Assembly: GCA_040256005.1 (NCBI GenBank) | Contig: JBDZWC010000057.1 | Coordinates: 1 to 17,889, forward strand | Direction of reading: 5' to 3' | Source of the DNA: Deinococcaceae bacterium | GTDB taxonomy: Bacteria; Deinococcota; Deinococci; Deinococcales; Trueperaceae | DNA length: 17,889 nt | Shown: positions 10,133 through 17,889 of the stretch, piece by piece | Layout: every line of letters starts with the position of its first letter | How positions within the stretch are numbered: position 1 is the first letter of the stretch | Notes under the pieces: generated by a model | Told to the model about the DNA's origin: nothing | Database searches by the model: none | What the model saw: the letters and a program-made list of their open reading frames with translations, nothing else | Translations under genes and position numbers: made by a program

Positions 10133-10459
10133 TCAGTCCAACTTGATGTCGAAGCCGATGGCGCTGCGCACCAGCTCCTTCATGTACTCGGTGGCGTCCG
10201 CGCCCTCGTCGAAGGCCGCGCCGAGCGACGGCACGCTGAGCAGGACGGGGAGGTCGCGACCGCGCATGGCCCTCTCGGTGGCGCGCACCGGGTCCGGCAC
10301 CAGCCCCTCGTCCACCGCCACCAGAGCGTACTCCTCGCTGGTGATGATCTCCTCGAGCTCCCTTACCGCGTCGTCCGCGGTGGCTTCCCTGACCTCGACG
10401 CCAGCCAGCCGGTAGCCGGTCGCGGTCTCGGAGTCCGTGAGCACGACCATCCTAGGCAC
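10133..10459 (-). CDS. atpF: V/A-type ATP synthase subunit F
   Basis: 108 aa from GTG with AAGGAG RBS (alternative ATG at 10450); [46 protein letters not shown], closely resembling Thermus subunit F. Confidence 0.95.
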   Translation of the reverse strand: MPRMVVLTDSETATGYRLAGVEVREATADDAVRELEEIITSEEYALVAVDEGLVPDPVRATERAMRGRDLPVLLSVPSLGAAFDEGADATEYMKELVRSAIGFDIKLD

Positions 10460-11462
10460 CTTGCAGCTCCTTCTCCAGGGTGCCCCGAGGCACCCCGTAG
10501 TACTTGCCGCGCGCCAGCAGTCTCACGCGGGCCGCCTCGGCCTCCTTGCGCCGGAGGAAGTCGACCACCACGCCTATGCCCAGCGGGTCCGCCGCCAAGC
10601 GCTTGGCGCTGCGGTCGAGGACAGAGCGGATCTCTGCCTCGGCCTGGCTCAGGTCCGAAGCCTGGGCCACGCCGGCGAAGCTCGTGGTGGCCAGCGCCTG
10701 CACGGCTGCGCCCTCCTGGTCGACCATGATCGCGTCGAAGAGGGCGGCCGGCACTTCCTTGCCGCCCGGCACGAACAGCTCCCGGTCGGCTCCCCTGCCG
10801 CGCAGCTTGAGGGCGGTCATGAGGTTGGTAGCGTCGATCTCGCGCTTCACGTGACGAACGAAGTCGGCGGGCGCGCCCACCTTATCGGCCCGGGACAGCA
10901 GCGCCTTGAAGTACGCCTTGTCGAGCGCCAGCTCAACCGAGTAGAGGTCACCGTCCTGTTGGTAGCGCCTGGCTGCCTTGAGGAAGGCGGGGCCCAACTC
11001 GTTCCGGCTGAACGCCAGTATCTGCGCCGCCGAGGCCAGGTCGGCGGCCGCGGCCGCCTCCTCCAGCAGAGCCGGCTTCAGCTCGCCGGCGGGGAACAAG
11101 GACCCGCGGATGTCGTCGGCCTCTTTGCCGGCGTGCTTGCCCCGCGCGATGGCCTTGATGTTGGCGAGGTCGTAGCGCAGCAGCAGCAGGCCGATGATCG
11201 CGCGCGGCTTGCCGTCGGAGAAGGACAGGAGGCTGTGCGCTGTGTCGTAGAAGTTGCGCGCCACGGCGCTGTCGACGACCGCCAGGCCCTCGTAGCGGGC
11301 CTGCGCCTCCTCCACGTCGCGCATGTAAGGCGACTGGGTGAGCGCGGCGAGGAAGGCCCTGAAGTCGCTACCTTCGAGCGCCGCCTGGGTGAAGGCCGGC
11401 CCGAGGAGCTTCGACTTCATCCCGCGGACGCGGGCGTTGATGTAGCCGAGGTCGCGAGGCAT
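10452..11462 (-). CDS. atpC: V/A-type ATP synthase subunit C (d-like)
   Basis: 336 aa; GYINARVRGMKSKLL, YDLANIKAIARG, EIDATNL, KEAEAARVRLLARGK; lies between E and F. Confidence 0.95.
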   Translation of the reverse strand: MPRDLGYINARVRGMKSKLLGPAFTQAALEGSDFRAFLAALTQSPYMRDVEEAQARYEGLAVVDSAVARNFYDTAHSLLSFSDGKPRAIIGLLLLRYDLANIKAIARGKHAGKEADDIRGSLFPAGELKPALLEEAAAAADLASAAQILAFSRNELGPAFLKAARRYQQDGDLYSVELALDKAYFKALLSRADKVGAPADFVRHVKREIDATNLMTALKLRGRGADRELFVPGGKEVPAALFDAIMVDQEGAAVQALATTSFAGVAQASDLSQAEAEIRSVLDRSAKRLAADPLGIGVVVDFLRRKEAEAARVRLLARGKYYGVPRGTLEKELQGA

Positions 11463-12053
11463 CTACTCCGCCTTGGCGCCGAAGAGGGCCTGCGAGACTT
11501 CGGAGGCCAGCTCGCCTGCCATGGCCTCGAGCCTGTCGTAGACGGTGTTCTCGATCGCGCTGCGCCGGGCAGTGCGCACGCGCACGCCGCCCTTGACGTC
11601 GCCGGTCGTCTGCACCTCGGCGGTGACGCCCAGCTTGCCGAGCGCGGCCCTGGCCAGCTGCTCGTCGGCTGGCGCGACCTCCACCGCGGCCACCCCGACG
11701 TCCTTGGTGGCTTCGATCGCCTGCTGGAGGAGCTTCTCGAAGACCGCCGGGTAGCGGCCCTGGTCGGCGACGAGCTCGTCGAGTCGGCGCCTGACCTCGT
11801 CGAAGACACCCTTGACGCCTTCGTGCTGCGCACGCAGCCGGATGGCCGACGCCTCCAGCTGTGCGGCCGAGCGGGCCCGCACGAGGCTGGCCTCACGCTG
11901 CGCCTTAGCGCGGCGCTCCCGGTCGGCGACGATGGACTCGGCTTCGGAGCGCGCCGCCTCCGTGATCTGGGCAGCGCGCTCGTTCGCTTCCGACAGGATG
12001 GCCTCGATCTCGGTGCTCGCCTCCTTGGCGAGCAGGGTCGAGAGGTCGGCCAT
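11463..12053 (-). CDS. atpE: V/A-type ATP synthase subunit E
   Basis: 196 aa; N-terminal coiled coil, C-terminal KGGVRV...IENTVYDRL...EVSQALFG; operon position. Confidence 0.93.
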   Translation of the reverse strand: MADLSTLLAKEASTEIEAILSEANERAAQITEAARSEAESIVADRERRAKAQREASLVRARSAAQLEASAIRLRAQHEGVKGVFDEVRRRLDELVADQGRYPAVFEKLLQQAIEATKDVGVAAVEVAPADEQLARAALGKLGVTAEVQTTGDVKGGVRVRTARRSAIENTVYDRLEAMAGELASEVSQALFGAKAE

Positions 12054-12055
12054 GG

Positions 12056-12367
12056 TTAGCCGCCGATCTGGTTGTTGAGGAAGAACGCGATGACGAAGCC
12101 GAAGATGATCAGCGTCTCGGGGATCACGAGGTAGATCAGGATCTGACCGAAGGCTTCGGGGCGCTCGGCGAGCGTGCCCGCGCCGGCCGAGCCGATGGCG
12201 GACTGAGCGATGCCTACGCCGATGGCGGCCAGGCCGATGGCCAAGCCAGCGCCAACGCCGATGAGACCAGCGCCGACGCCCGGGCCGGCGGCTTCCTGGG
12301 CGAGCGCGATGCCGCCGAGGAGCGCGAACACGGTGAGGCCGACTAGAACGCGTGCGACTTGCTTCAT
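12056..12367 (-). CDS. atpK: V/A-type ATP synthase proteolipid subunit K (c/L)
   Basis: True start is ATG 12367 (MKQVARV..., AGGAGG RBS, ATGA overlap with the subunit I stop), 103 aa; GAGLAIGLAAIGVGIAQ and the ion-binding Glu in IPETLIIFG. The track ORF start at 12712 is an over-extension inside subunit I. Confidence 0.95.
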   Translation of the reverse strand: MKQVARVLVGLTVFALLGGIALAQEAAGPGVGAGLIGVGAGLAIGLAAIGVGIAQSAIGSAGAGTLAERPEAFGQILIYLVIPETLIIFGFVIAFFLNNQIGG

Positions 12368-14355
12368 GACTTTCCTCCTACCAACCGCAGGGGGTTGTAT
12401 GGCGTGCCGGCCTCGTCGTAGAAGCCGAACTTGGTGAAGAACTCGACATACTGGAGCCTCAGCGGCTGCAGCGTATGCCCGATGATCGTGAGGGCGATCG
12501 CCAGCGTGTGCACTATCAGCGCGATGACGATGCCAAGGATGGGACCGATGACCGGCAGCACGCCGGCGAGGCCGAAGCCCAGGTCGGTCGAGAGGTTCGC
12601 GACGAGCGCCGCGGACAGGCCCACTGCGAAGAGTCGCAGGTAGCTGAGTATGTGCCCGGAGTTCGAGATGATCTCCAGGAGCATCAGGGGCATCTTCGCG
12701 AGCACGGCGCACACCACGAAGACCAGCAGGCCCAGCCCGACGATGGCCATGGTGACGCCCCCGAGGTTGCCGGACAGGTAGGCCCAGGCGAACACGATGA
12801 TGCCGGTCAGGCCGGCGAACATGCCCAGGCCCTCGTAGAAGTGGCCCATGTCGCCGTGCTTGAGCCCTTCACGCACCCGTATCGCCCAGCCGAACAGGAC
12901 CTGGAAGATCCCGAAGCCCAGGGTGATGAGCAGCAGGGGCGTGAACTCCTCGACGCGGAACAGGATGATCTCGATGAGCCCGTGGCCGACCTCGTGATGG
13001 GCATCGGTGTAGAACACCGGCCTGCCCGCCGGGAAGTGCTCGAGGAAGTTGCCGAAGAACTCGCCGAACACGAAGCCCCACACGATGGCCCAGGCTGAGC
13101 ACCACAGGATCACGGTGCTGATGGGCCCCAACAGCTGAGGCGGGATGGTGATGCCGAGCGGGCCCAGCCCCAGGGCCTTGCCCTGCGCGCCCCGCCTCCT
13201 GAGCAGCAGCGCCAGCACCGCGAAGACGAGCCCGAAGCCGATGTCCCCGAGGACGATGCCGAAGTACAGCGGGAAGAAGACGGCGAGCGTCCAGCTAGGG
13301 TCGAAGCTGCCGTACCGGGGCGGGGCGAACAGCGCCAGCAGCCCCTGGAACGGCCTGACCCAGGCGGGGTTGTCGAGCTTGACGGGTATCCCCGTGTCGT
13401 GATGGTCGTCGGCCGGCCGCGAGGCGGTGGCGATGGCGCCCTCGAACTGGCTCTCGAGGCTGCGCAGCACGTGATCGCGCTCCTGTGATGGCACCCAGCC
13501 TCGCAGCGCGAAGCCGTACTTGCCCTCGAGCAGGTTCTCGGCGGCGGCCAACCTCTCGGTGACGTTGCGAGCGTGGAGGTTCAGCTCGGCCAGTCGCTGC
13601 CCGTGCTTGGCGGCCAGCTTACCGAGGTCCTCCTCGACGGTCGCCAGGCGCTTGGGAACGAACTGGGAGCGCTCCTCCATGGAGTGAGCGACCTTGGCGA
13701 CCTCTTGCCCGGCGTACCGGTCGGGCAGCTGCAGTTCCGACAGTCCGGCGCGGGCCAGGGCGGCCCGGAACTCGGCAGCCTGACCTCGCAGGACGGCGGC
13801 CACGGCGAGCACCTGGCCGCCGTGCGGCCTGGTAGCGAGCACGAAGCCGTCCCCGAACTCCGTACGCAGGCCAGCCCTCACCTCCTCGACGTCACCCTCA
13901 GCGACAAGGAAGGGCAAGCCCTCCAGGTAGCGCGAGGACTGGACCTGGGCGAGCATGGGCGCCAGGTCGCGCATGAGCGGCTGGTAGGTACGGATCAGTT
14001 CCAGCTCGTCCCGGAGCTCGCCGCGCTCGGCCACCAGGCGGTCGATCTGGTCTGCCGCCTCCTTGACATCCGCCTCGGCGTCGGCCGCAGTGGCGACGGC
14101 GGGGCCCCGGGCGACCTGCGCTGCGTCGATGCCCAGGACGTCGAGGAGCGAGGTGGTGCGCGCCAGTACGCGCTCCCAGCCCTCACGCTCGCTCAGCTCG
14201 GAGCCGCGGAGCCTCAGGCCCTGCAGCGCCTCGCCCTCCTCGGCTGGGGACAGCCGGGTGACCTGCATCACCCCCAGGCCCTGCAGCGCGGCCAGGACGT
14301 CCTTGACGACCGAACGGCGACCGACGACGGTCACCTGGTCCATCCTGGCGATCAC
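12364..14355 (-). CDS. atpI: V/A-type ATP synthase subunit I (a)
   Basis: 663 aa from GTG; soluble N-terminal half, GWVP, PVKLDNP, FGIVLGDIGFG, essential Arg in ILSYLRLFAVGL, LRLQYVEFFTKF. Confidence 0.97.
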   Translation of the reverse strand: MIARMDQVTVVGRRSVVKDVLAALQGLGVMQVTRLSPAEEGEALQGLRLRGSELSEREGWERVLARTTSLLDVLGIDAAQVARGPAVATAADAEADVKEAADQIDRLVAERGELRDELELIRTYQPLMRDLAPMLAQVQSSRYLEGLPFLVAEGDVEEVRAGLRTEFGDGFVLATRPHGGQVLAVAAVLRGQAAEFRAALARAGLSELQLPDRYAGQEVAKVAHSMEERSQFVPKRLATVEEDLGKLAAKHGQRLAELNLHARNVTERLAAAENLLEGKYGFALRGWVPSQERDHVLRSLESQFEGAIATASRPADDHHDTGIPVKLDNPAWVRPFQGLLALFAPPRYGSFDPSWTLAVFFPLYFGIVLGDIGFGLVFAVLALLLRRRGAQGKALGLGPLGITIPPQLLGPISTVILWCSAWAIVWGFVFGEFFGNFLEHFPAGRPVFYTDAHHEVGHGLIEIILFRVEEFTPLLLITLGFGIFQVLFGWAIRVREGLKHGDMGHFYEGLGMFAGLTGIIVFAWAYLSGNLGGVTMAIVGLGLLVFVVCAVLAKMPLMLLEIISNSGHILSYLRLFAVGLSAALVANLSTDLGFGLAGVLPVIGPILGIVIALIVHTLAIALTIIGHTLQPLRLQYVEFFTKFGFYDEAGTPYNPLRLVGGKS

Positions 14356-14672
14356 GGCAGTATCTTCTCCAGCACCATGGCGGCTGCCGCCTCGCGGTTG
14401 GCCGCCACCTTGGCGGCCAGGGCGCCCGCGGCCTCCCGCGCAGAGGTGAGGATCGACTGCTTGACGGCTTCCTCCTCCTTGCGGCCGGCCTCCGCCTCCG
14501 ACTGCGCCAGCGCCTCGGCACGGGCGCGAGCCGCTTCGAGCGTGGCGGCCGCTTCCTCGTTCGCTTTGTCGACGGTGGCCTTGGCCTTGGCGCGCGCCTC
14601 TTCTACCTTCGTGACCAGCTTCTGCTCTTGGGCCAGGAGCTCTTGCAGCAGACGTTCACCTTGTGCTTCCAA
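14352..14672 (-). CDS. atpG: V/A-type ATP synthase peripheral stalk subunit G (H)
   Basis: Ala/Glu/Lys-rich coiled coil ending MVLEKILP, GTGA overlap with subunit I. Start placed at TTG 14672 (106 aa) because AGGAGGGAGG lies just upstream; ATG 14690 is the alternative. Confidence 0.85.
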   Translation of the reverse strand: MEAQGERLLQELLAQEQKLVTKVEEARAKAKATVDKANEEAAATLEAARARAEALAQSEAEAGRKEEEAVKQSILTSAREAAGALAAKVAANREAAAAMVLEKILP

Positions 14673-14757
14673 GCGGCCCTCCCTCCTCATGCGTACCGGC
14701 GACCTCTAGCGCTCTGGCGCCGGCGGCGCAGGTGGCGAATCTGTGTGCGACGGGCAT

Positions 14758-14789
14758 AAAAAAGAGCGTTCATTGCGTGGTGAACGCCC
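14758..14789 (-). terminator. Intrinsic terminator located in the presumed 5' leader of the V/A-ATPase operon
   Basis: Minus-strand RNA GGGCGUUCA-CCACGCAA-UGAACGCUC-UUUUUU: 9-bp stem with one G.U pair (an A.C mismatch on the plus strand) followed by U6. Confidence 0.8.
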
Positions 14790-14807
14790 CAGACGCTTTT
14801 CCGAACA

Positions 14808-14836
14808 AAGATAGCAAGGTGGGGTTGGGGTGTCAA
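14808..14836 (-). promoter_or_regulatory. Near-consensus sigma70 promoter facing the V/A-ATPase operon
   Basis: Minus strand TTGACA (14836-14831), 17 nt, TATCTT (14813-14808), with an extended -10 TG (TGcTATCTT); predicted TSS about 14801. Confidence 0.8.
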
Positions 14837-14899
14837 CGAGACAGATGTCCCTTCACAGCGGGACAACTACGTGGTTGCGGTGCGCGCTCCGGGCGGCCG

Positions 14900-16735
14900 T
14901 CACCGCCGCTTCTGACCCGCCGTCTGCCTCACCCGCGAACGCCTCTCGGCCTCGCGCGCGGCCAGCATCCCCTGTATCTCCTTGAGCTCGGCGTAGAGGC
15001 CTGCCAGGTCCTCACCGGCGGGCGGTGTCGCCGCCGACAGGATGCGCGAGATCTCGTCACGGCGCTTGAGGAGTCGCGCCCTCGTGTCCTCTTTGCGGCC
15101 CTCGAGCAGCAGCTCGCGCAGCCGCGAGAGAGCGCGTTCCAGTTGCAGGTCGACGTCGAAACGCTCCTCGTCGTCCTCGCCGCCCAGTAGCCTCTCGAGG
15201 ACCATCGCTCCCTCGGGCCGGCCGGTCACAGCGGCCAGCACGGCGTCCGGGTCTCCCCGGTAGCGTTTGACCGCCGCGACCAGGTTCTCGAGCGGCGAGT
15301 CTTCGCCGGCCGTCACGTCGGGCAACAGGGCCTCGATGTCAGCGAGCCGTTCAGTCATGTACCGGGGCTCGAGCAGGACCAGCGACACGACCTCCGCCTC
15401 CACGCGCCTGACGCTGTCCAACTCCACGCGCTGCTGGCGCATGCCGCGCACCTGCGCCTGGCTGACGCCGCGGCGCTCCCTCGTGGCCAGCCAGTCGTCG
15501 AGGCGTCTCTGGTCCATGCCCAGCCGATCGACCACCAACCGTCGCATCTCGTCGGAGACGGGGTCGAACACCGTGCGAGGCCGGAGCACGTCCTGCAGCT
15601 CACCCAGGATGGCGGCCTGGCCCTCCAGGGTGGAAGCGTCGTGCCGCGTGAGCACGCGCTCGAACCGGAACTCCACCTCTGACACGCCCCGCGTGAGGGC
15701 CACCTTGAAGTCCTCGAGGTGCCCGCCGAGCACGGCCTCGGCCGGGTCCTTGCCGCCCGGCACGGTGACGGCCCTGACCGCCAGCTTGCGGCCGACGGCC
15801 TGGTCCAACCCCGAGAGGATCGCGCGTTGGCCGGCCTCGTCGGCGTCGAACGCCAGGTACACGGTGCGGGCGTCGAGACGCTCGAGCGCGTCGGCCTGCT
15901 CCGTCGTGAGCGTCGCGCCCAACGCCGCGACCGCGTTGGTCTCGCCCACCTGGTGCAGCGCCATGACGTCGGTGTAGCCCTCCACCACGACGACCTCACC
16001 GGTCTCCCGGATCGGGGCACGCGCCCTGTCCAAGCCGTACAGCAGCTCCGACTTCCTGAAGACCTCGGACTCGGGGCTGTTGAGGTACTTGGGTGTGCCC
16101 TCCTCGAGGATGCGTCCCGAGAAGCCGACGACGCGGCCCAGCGCGTCCTTGATGGGGAAAACGATGCGGTCCCTGAACCTGTCGTAGCGCCTGCCCCTGT
16201 CGTTCTCGATCACGAGGCCGAGTGTGACGAGGTCGGCCTCGGCCACGCCCTTCGAGAGCATGTGCTTCAGGAGCGCGTCCCAGGAATCGGGAGCGTAGCC
16301 GACCTCGAAGGCGTCGATCGTCTCCTTGGCCAGCCCTCTGCCCAGCAGGTAACCCGTGGCCCTCGAGCCGAGCTGAGAGCGGAAGAAGGCGTTCGCGCGC
16401 TTGTTGACGTCGAGCAGGTCGCGGCGCTTCCCGGCCTCGGGCGCCGCGGGGCTTACCTCGATGCCGACGCGGGCGCCGAGCAGCCGGAGCGCGTCACCGA
16501 ACGACAGCGACTGCGTCTGCATGACGAAGTCGAACACGTCGCCCTTGGCGTGACAGCCGAAGCAGTAGTAGAAGCCGCGATCGAGATGCACGTGGAAGGA
16601 TGGCGTCTTCTCGTTGTGGAACGGGCACAGGCCCTTGAGCCTGCCGCGGCCGGCGGGCTTGAGGCTGACCACCTCGCCGATGACCTCCGCTATGGGTAGC
16701 CGCTCCCTGATCCGCTCCTTGGCGTCCGAGCTCAC
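14900..16735 (-). CDS. dnaG: DNA primase
   Basis: CHC2 zinc finger [11 protein letters not shown]...[40 protein letters not shown] and [12 protein letters not shown]. Start set at GTG 16735 (GGAGG RBS; 611 aa) rather than track start 16906, which overlaps the upstream gene. Confidence 0.97.
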   Translation of the reverse strand: MSSDAKERIRERLPIAEVIGEVVSLKPAGRGRLKGLCPFHNEKTPSFHVHLDRGFYYCFGCHAKGDVFDFVMQTQSLSFGDALRLLGARVGIEVSPAAPEAGKRRDLLDVNKRANAFFRSQLGSRATGYLLGRGLAKETIDAFEVGYAPDSWDALLKHMLSKGVAEADLVTLGLVIENDRGRRYDRFRDRIVFPIKDALGRVVGFSGRILEEGTPKYLNSPESEVFRKSELLYGLDRARAPIRETGEVVVVEGYTDVMALHQVGETNAVAALGATLTTEQADALERLDARTVYLAFDADEAGQRAILSGLDQAVGRKLAVRAVTVPGGKDPAEAVLGGHLEDFKVALTRGVSEVEFRFERVLTRHDASTLEGQAAILGELQDVLRPRTVFDPVSDEMRRLVVDRLGMDQRRLDDWLATRERRGVSQAQVRGMRQQRVELDSVRRVEAEVVSLVLLEPRYMTERLADIEALLPDVTAGEDSPLENLVAAVKRYRGDPDAVLAAVTGRPEGAMVLERLLGGEDDEERFDVDLQLERALSRLRELLLEGRKEDTRARLLKRRDEISRILSAATPPAGEDLAGLYAELKEIQGMLAAREAERRSRVRQTAGQKRR

Positions 16736-16769
16736 GACCTGCCCCTCCACGCGCCGGACGACGCTTCCG

Positions 16770-17312
16770 TCAGGCCCCTGCCTCCGCCGGGAAGAGCGGC
16801 AGGTGGCCCACCGCGATGACGTCGCCCCTGGCCTCGCCTTCCGTGAACACGACCAGCGTGGCGACCACCTCGGCGCCCACGCCAGCCAGCATGTCCTTGA
16901 GGCCATCCAGGGTACCGCCCGTGGACACGACGTCGTCCACTATCGCGACCCTCTTCCCTTTCAGGCGCCTGACGTCGGCGCCGTCGAGCACCAGCAGCTG
17001 AGGCTTACCGGTCGTGATGCTGACGACCTCGCGGGTGACCGGGTCCAGCATGTACGGCTTCACCGTCTTGCGAGCGACGACGTACGGCAGGCCGCTCCTG
17101 ACGCTGAGCGCGTGGGTGAGCGGCACCGCCTTGACCTCCGGCGTCACCAGCATCTCCACCTCGTCAGGGAGCCGCTTGGCCAGCTCGTCGGCGGCGGCTT
17201 CGGTCAGCTCGGTGTCGCCCAGCAGGTTGAGCAGGGCGACCGCGACCGGACCGACGTTGACTACCTGCAGCCCTCGGCTCACGCCGCCCACGGTGATCAC
17301 GTGTTCGGGCAC
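16770..17312 (-). CDS. Type I phosphoribosyltransferase, adenine PRT-like
   Basis: PRPP-binding motif [28 protein letters not shown]; start set at GTG 17312 behind AGGAGG (180 aa). Substrate is inferred, not shown. Confidence 0.85.
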   Translation of the reverse strand: MPEHVITVGGVSRGLQVVNVGPVAVALLNLLGDTELTEAAADELAKRLPDEVEMLVTPEVKAVPLTHALSVRSGLPYVVARKTVKPYMLDPVTREVVSITTGKPQLLVLDGADVRRLKGKRVAIVDDVVSTGGTLDGLKDMLAGVGAEVVATLVVFTEGEARGDVIAVGHLPLFPAEAGA

Positions 17313-17368
17313 TGGAACTCGTCCTCCTAGCGAACCGTCCCGGGACGTGCCGGGGCGGACGAACATGC

Positions 17369-17374
17369 AGGATA
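17369..17374 (-). promoter_or_regulatory. Possible -10 element for the PRT-dnaG transcript
   Basis: Minus strand TATCCT (TANNNT) about 56 nt upstream of the PRT start; no clear -35. Confidence 0.35.
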
Positions 17375-17401
17375 TCGCGCCTCGGGCGTCCGGTAGGGCC
17401 G

Positions 17402-17410
17402 TGATACGCT
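17402..17410 (+). promoter_or_regulatory. Extended -10 element for leaderless ruvB transcription
   Basis: TGaTACGCT (TG-n-TANNNT) 7 nt before the GTG start; no Shine-Dalgarno upstream of the start. Confidence 0.6.
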
Positions 17411-17417
17411 GCGCGTC

Positions 17418-17889
17418 GTGGAGGACGTTCGTCTGCGCCCTGCCACCCTGGCGGAGTACGTCGGCCAGACACGCCTCAAGAGGAAGCTGGCCGTCTACCT
17501 GGAAGCGGCGCGGAACCGGGGGGAAGCTCTCGACCACCTGCTGCTGTACGGTCCGCCCGGGCTCGGCAAGACAACCCTCGCGCACATCGTCGCGCACGAG
17601 ATGGGCGTGGGCATCCGCGTGACGTCAGGGCCGGCCATCGAGAAGCCAGGCGACCTGGCCGCTATCCTCACGAACTCCCTCGAGGAAGGCGACGTCCTGT
17701 TCATCGACGAGATACACCGCCTCGGGAGGGTCGCCGAGGAGCACCTCTACCCGGCCATGGAGGAGTTCAAGATCGACATCGTGCTGGGCCAGGGGCCCGC
17801 CGCGAGGTCCATCCGGCTCGACCTGCCCCGCTTCACGCTCGTGGGCGCCACCACACGTCCCGGCCTGATCACGGGGCCCCTGCGCAGCC
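17418..17889 (+). CDS. ruvB: Holliday junction branch migration helicase RuvB (3' end outside the window)
   Basis: Hand translation from GTG 17418: [17 protein letters not shown]...[23 protein letters not shown]...[18 protein letters not shown]...[10 protein letters not shown]...LYPAMEEF...[14 protein letters not shown]. Confidence 0.97.
   Translation, partial: MEDVRLRPATLAEYVGQTRLKRKLAVYLEAARNRGEALDHLLLYGPPGLGKTTLAHIVAHEMGVGIRVTSGPAIEKPGDLAAILTNSLEEGDVLFIDEIHRLGRVAEEHLYPAMEEFKIDIVLGQGPAARSIRLDLPRFTLVGATTRPGLITGPLRS

Noticed and set aside
12368..12712. N-terminal extension of the subunit K ORF to 218 aa
   Set aside because: Lies inside subunit I in another frame; the RBS and ATGA coupling point to 12367.
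17340..17430. Deinococcus DdrO/RDRM operator upstream of ruvB
   Set aside because: No 17-bp TTAYG-N7-CRTAA-like palindrome found by eye.
16736..17597. Track extensions of dnaG (to 16906) and the PRT (to 17597)
   Set aside because: They overlap neighbouring genes; downstream GTG starts have good GGAGG sites.

Overview
GC-rich bacterial chromosomal window of mostly housekeeping genes. It is most consistent with phylum Deinococcota (Truepera/Thermus/Deinococcus-like), inferred from the Thermus-type V/A-ATPase operon order, the RuvB N-terminus and a leaderless-style promoter. Almost everything is on the minus strand. In transcription order: a purine/adenine phosphoribosyltransferase, dnaG, a complete nine-gene V/A-type ATP synthase operon (G-I-K-E-C-F-A-B-D) ending in a strong hairpin, a four-gene Aap/Bzt-type general L-amino acid ABC transporter (J-Q-M-P), and a PilT/PilU-family ATPase that runs off the left edge. 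ruvB starts divergently on the plus strand and runs off the right edge. No mobile elements, CRISPR arrays, tRNA or rRNA were seen. Two observations stand out. (1) A near-consensus sigma70 promoter upstream of the ATP synthase operon is followed within about 45 nt by a canonical intrinsic terminator, suggesting an attenuator or a tiny RNA. (2) The AapQ-like permease carries an approximately 200-aa hydrophilic insertion with an EF-hand/SdrD-B-like Ca2+-binding loop.
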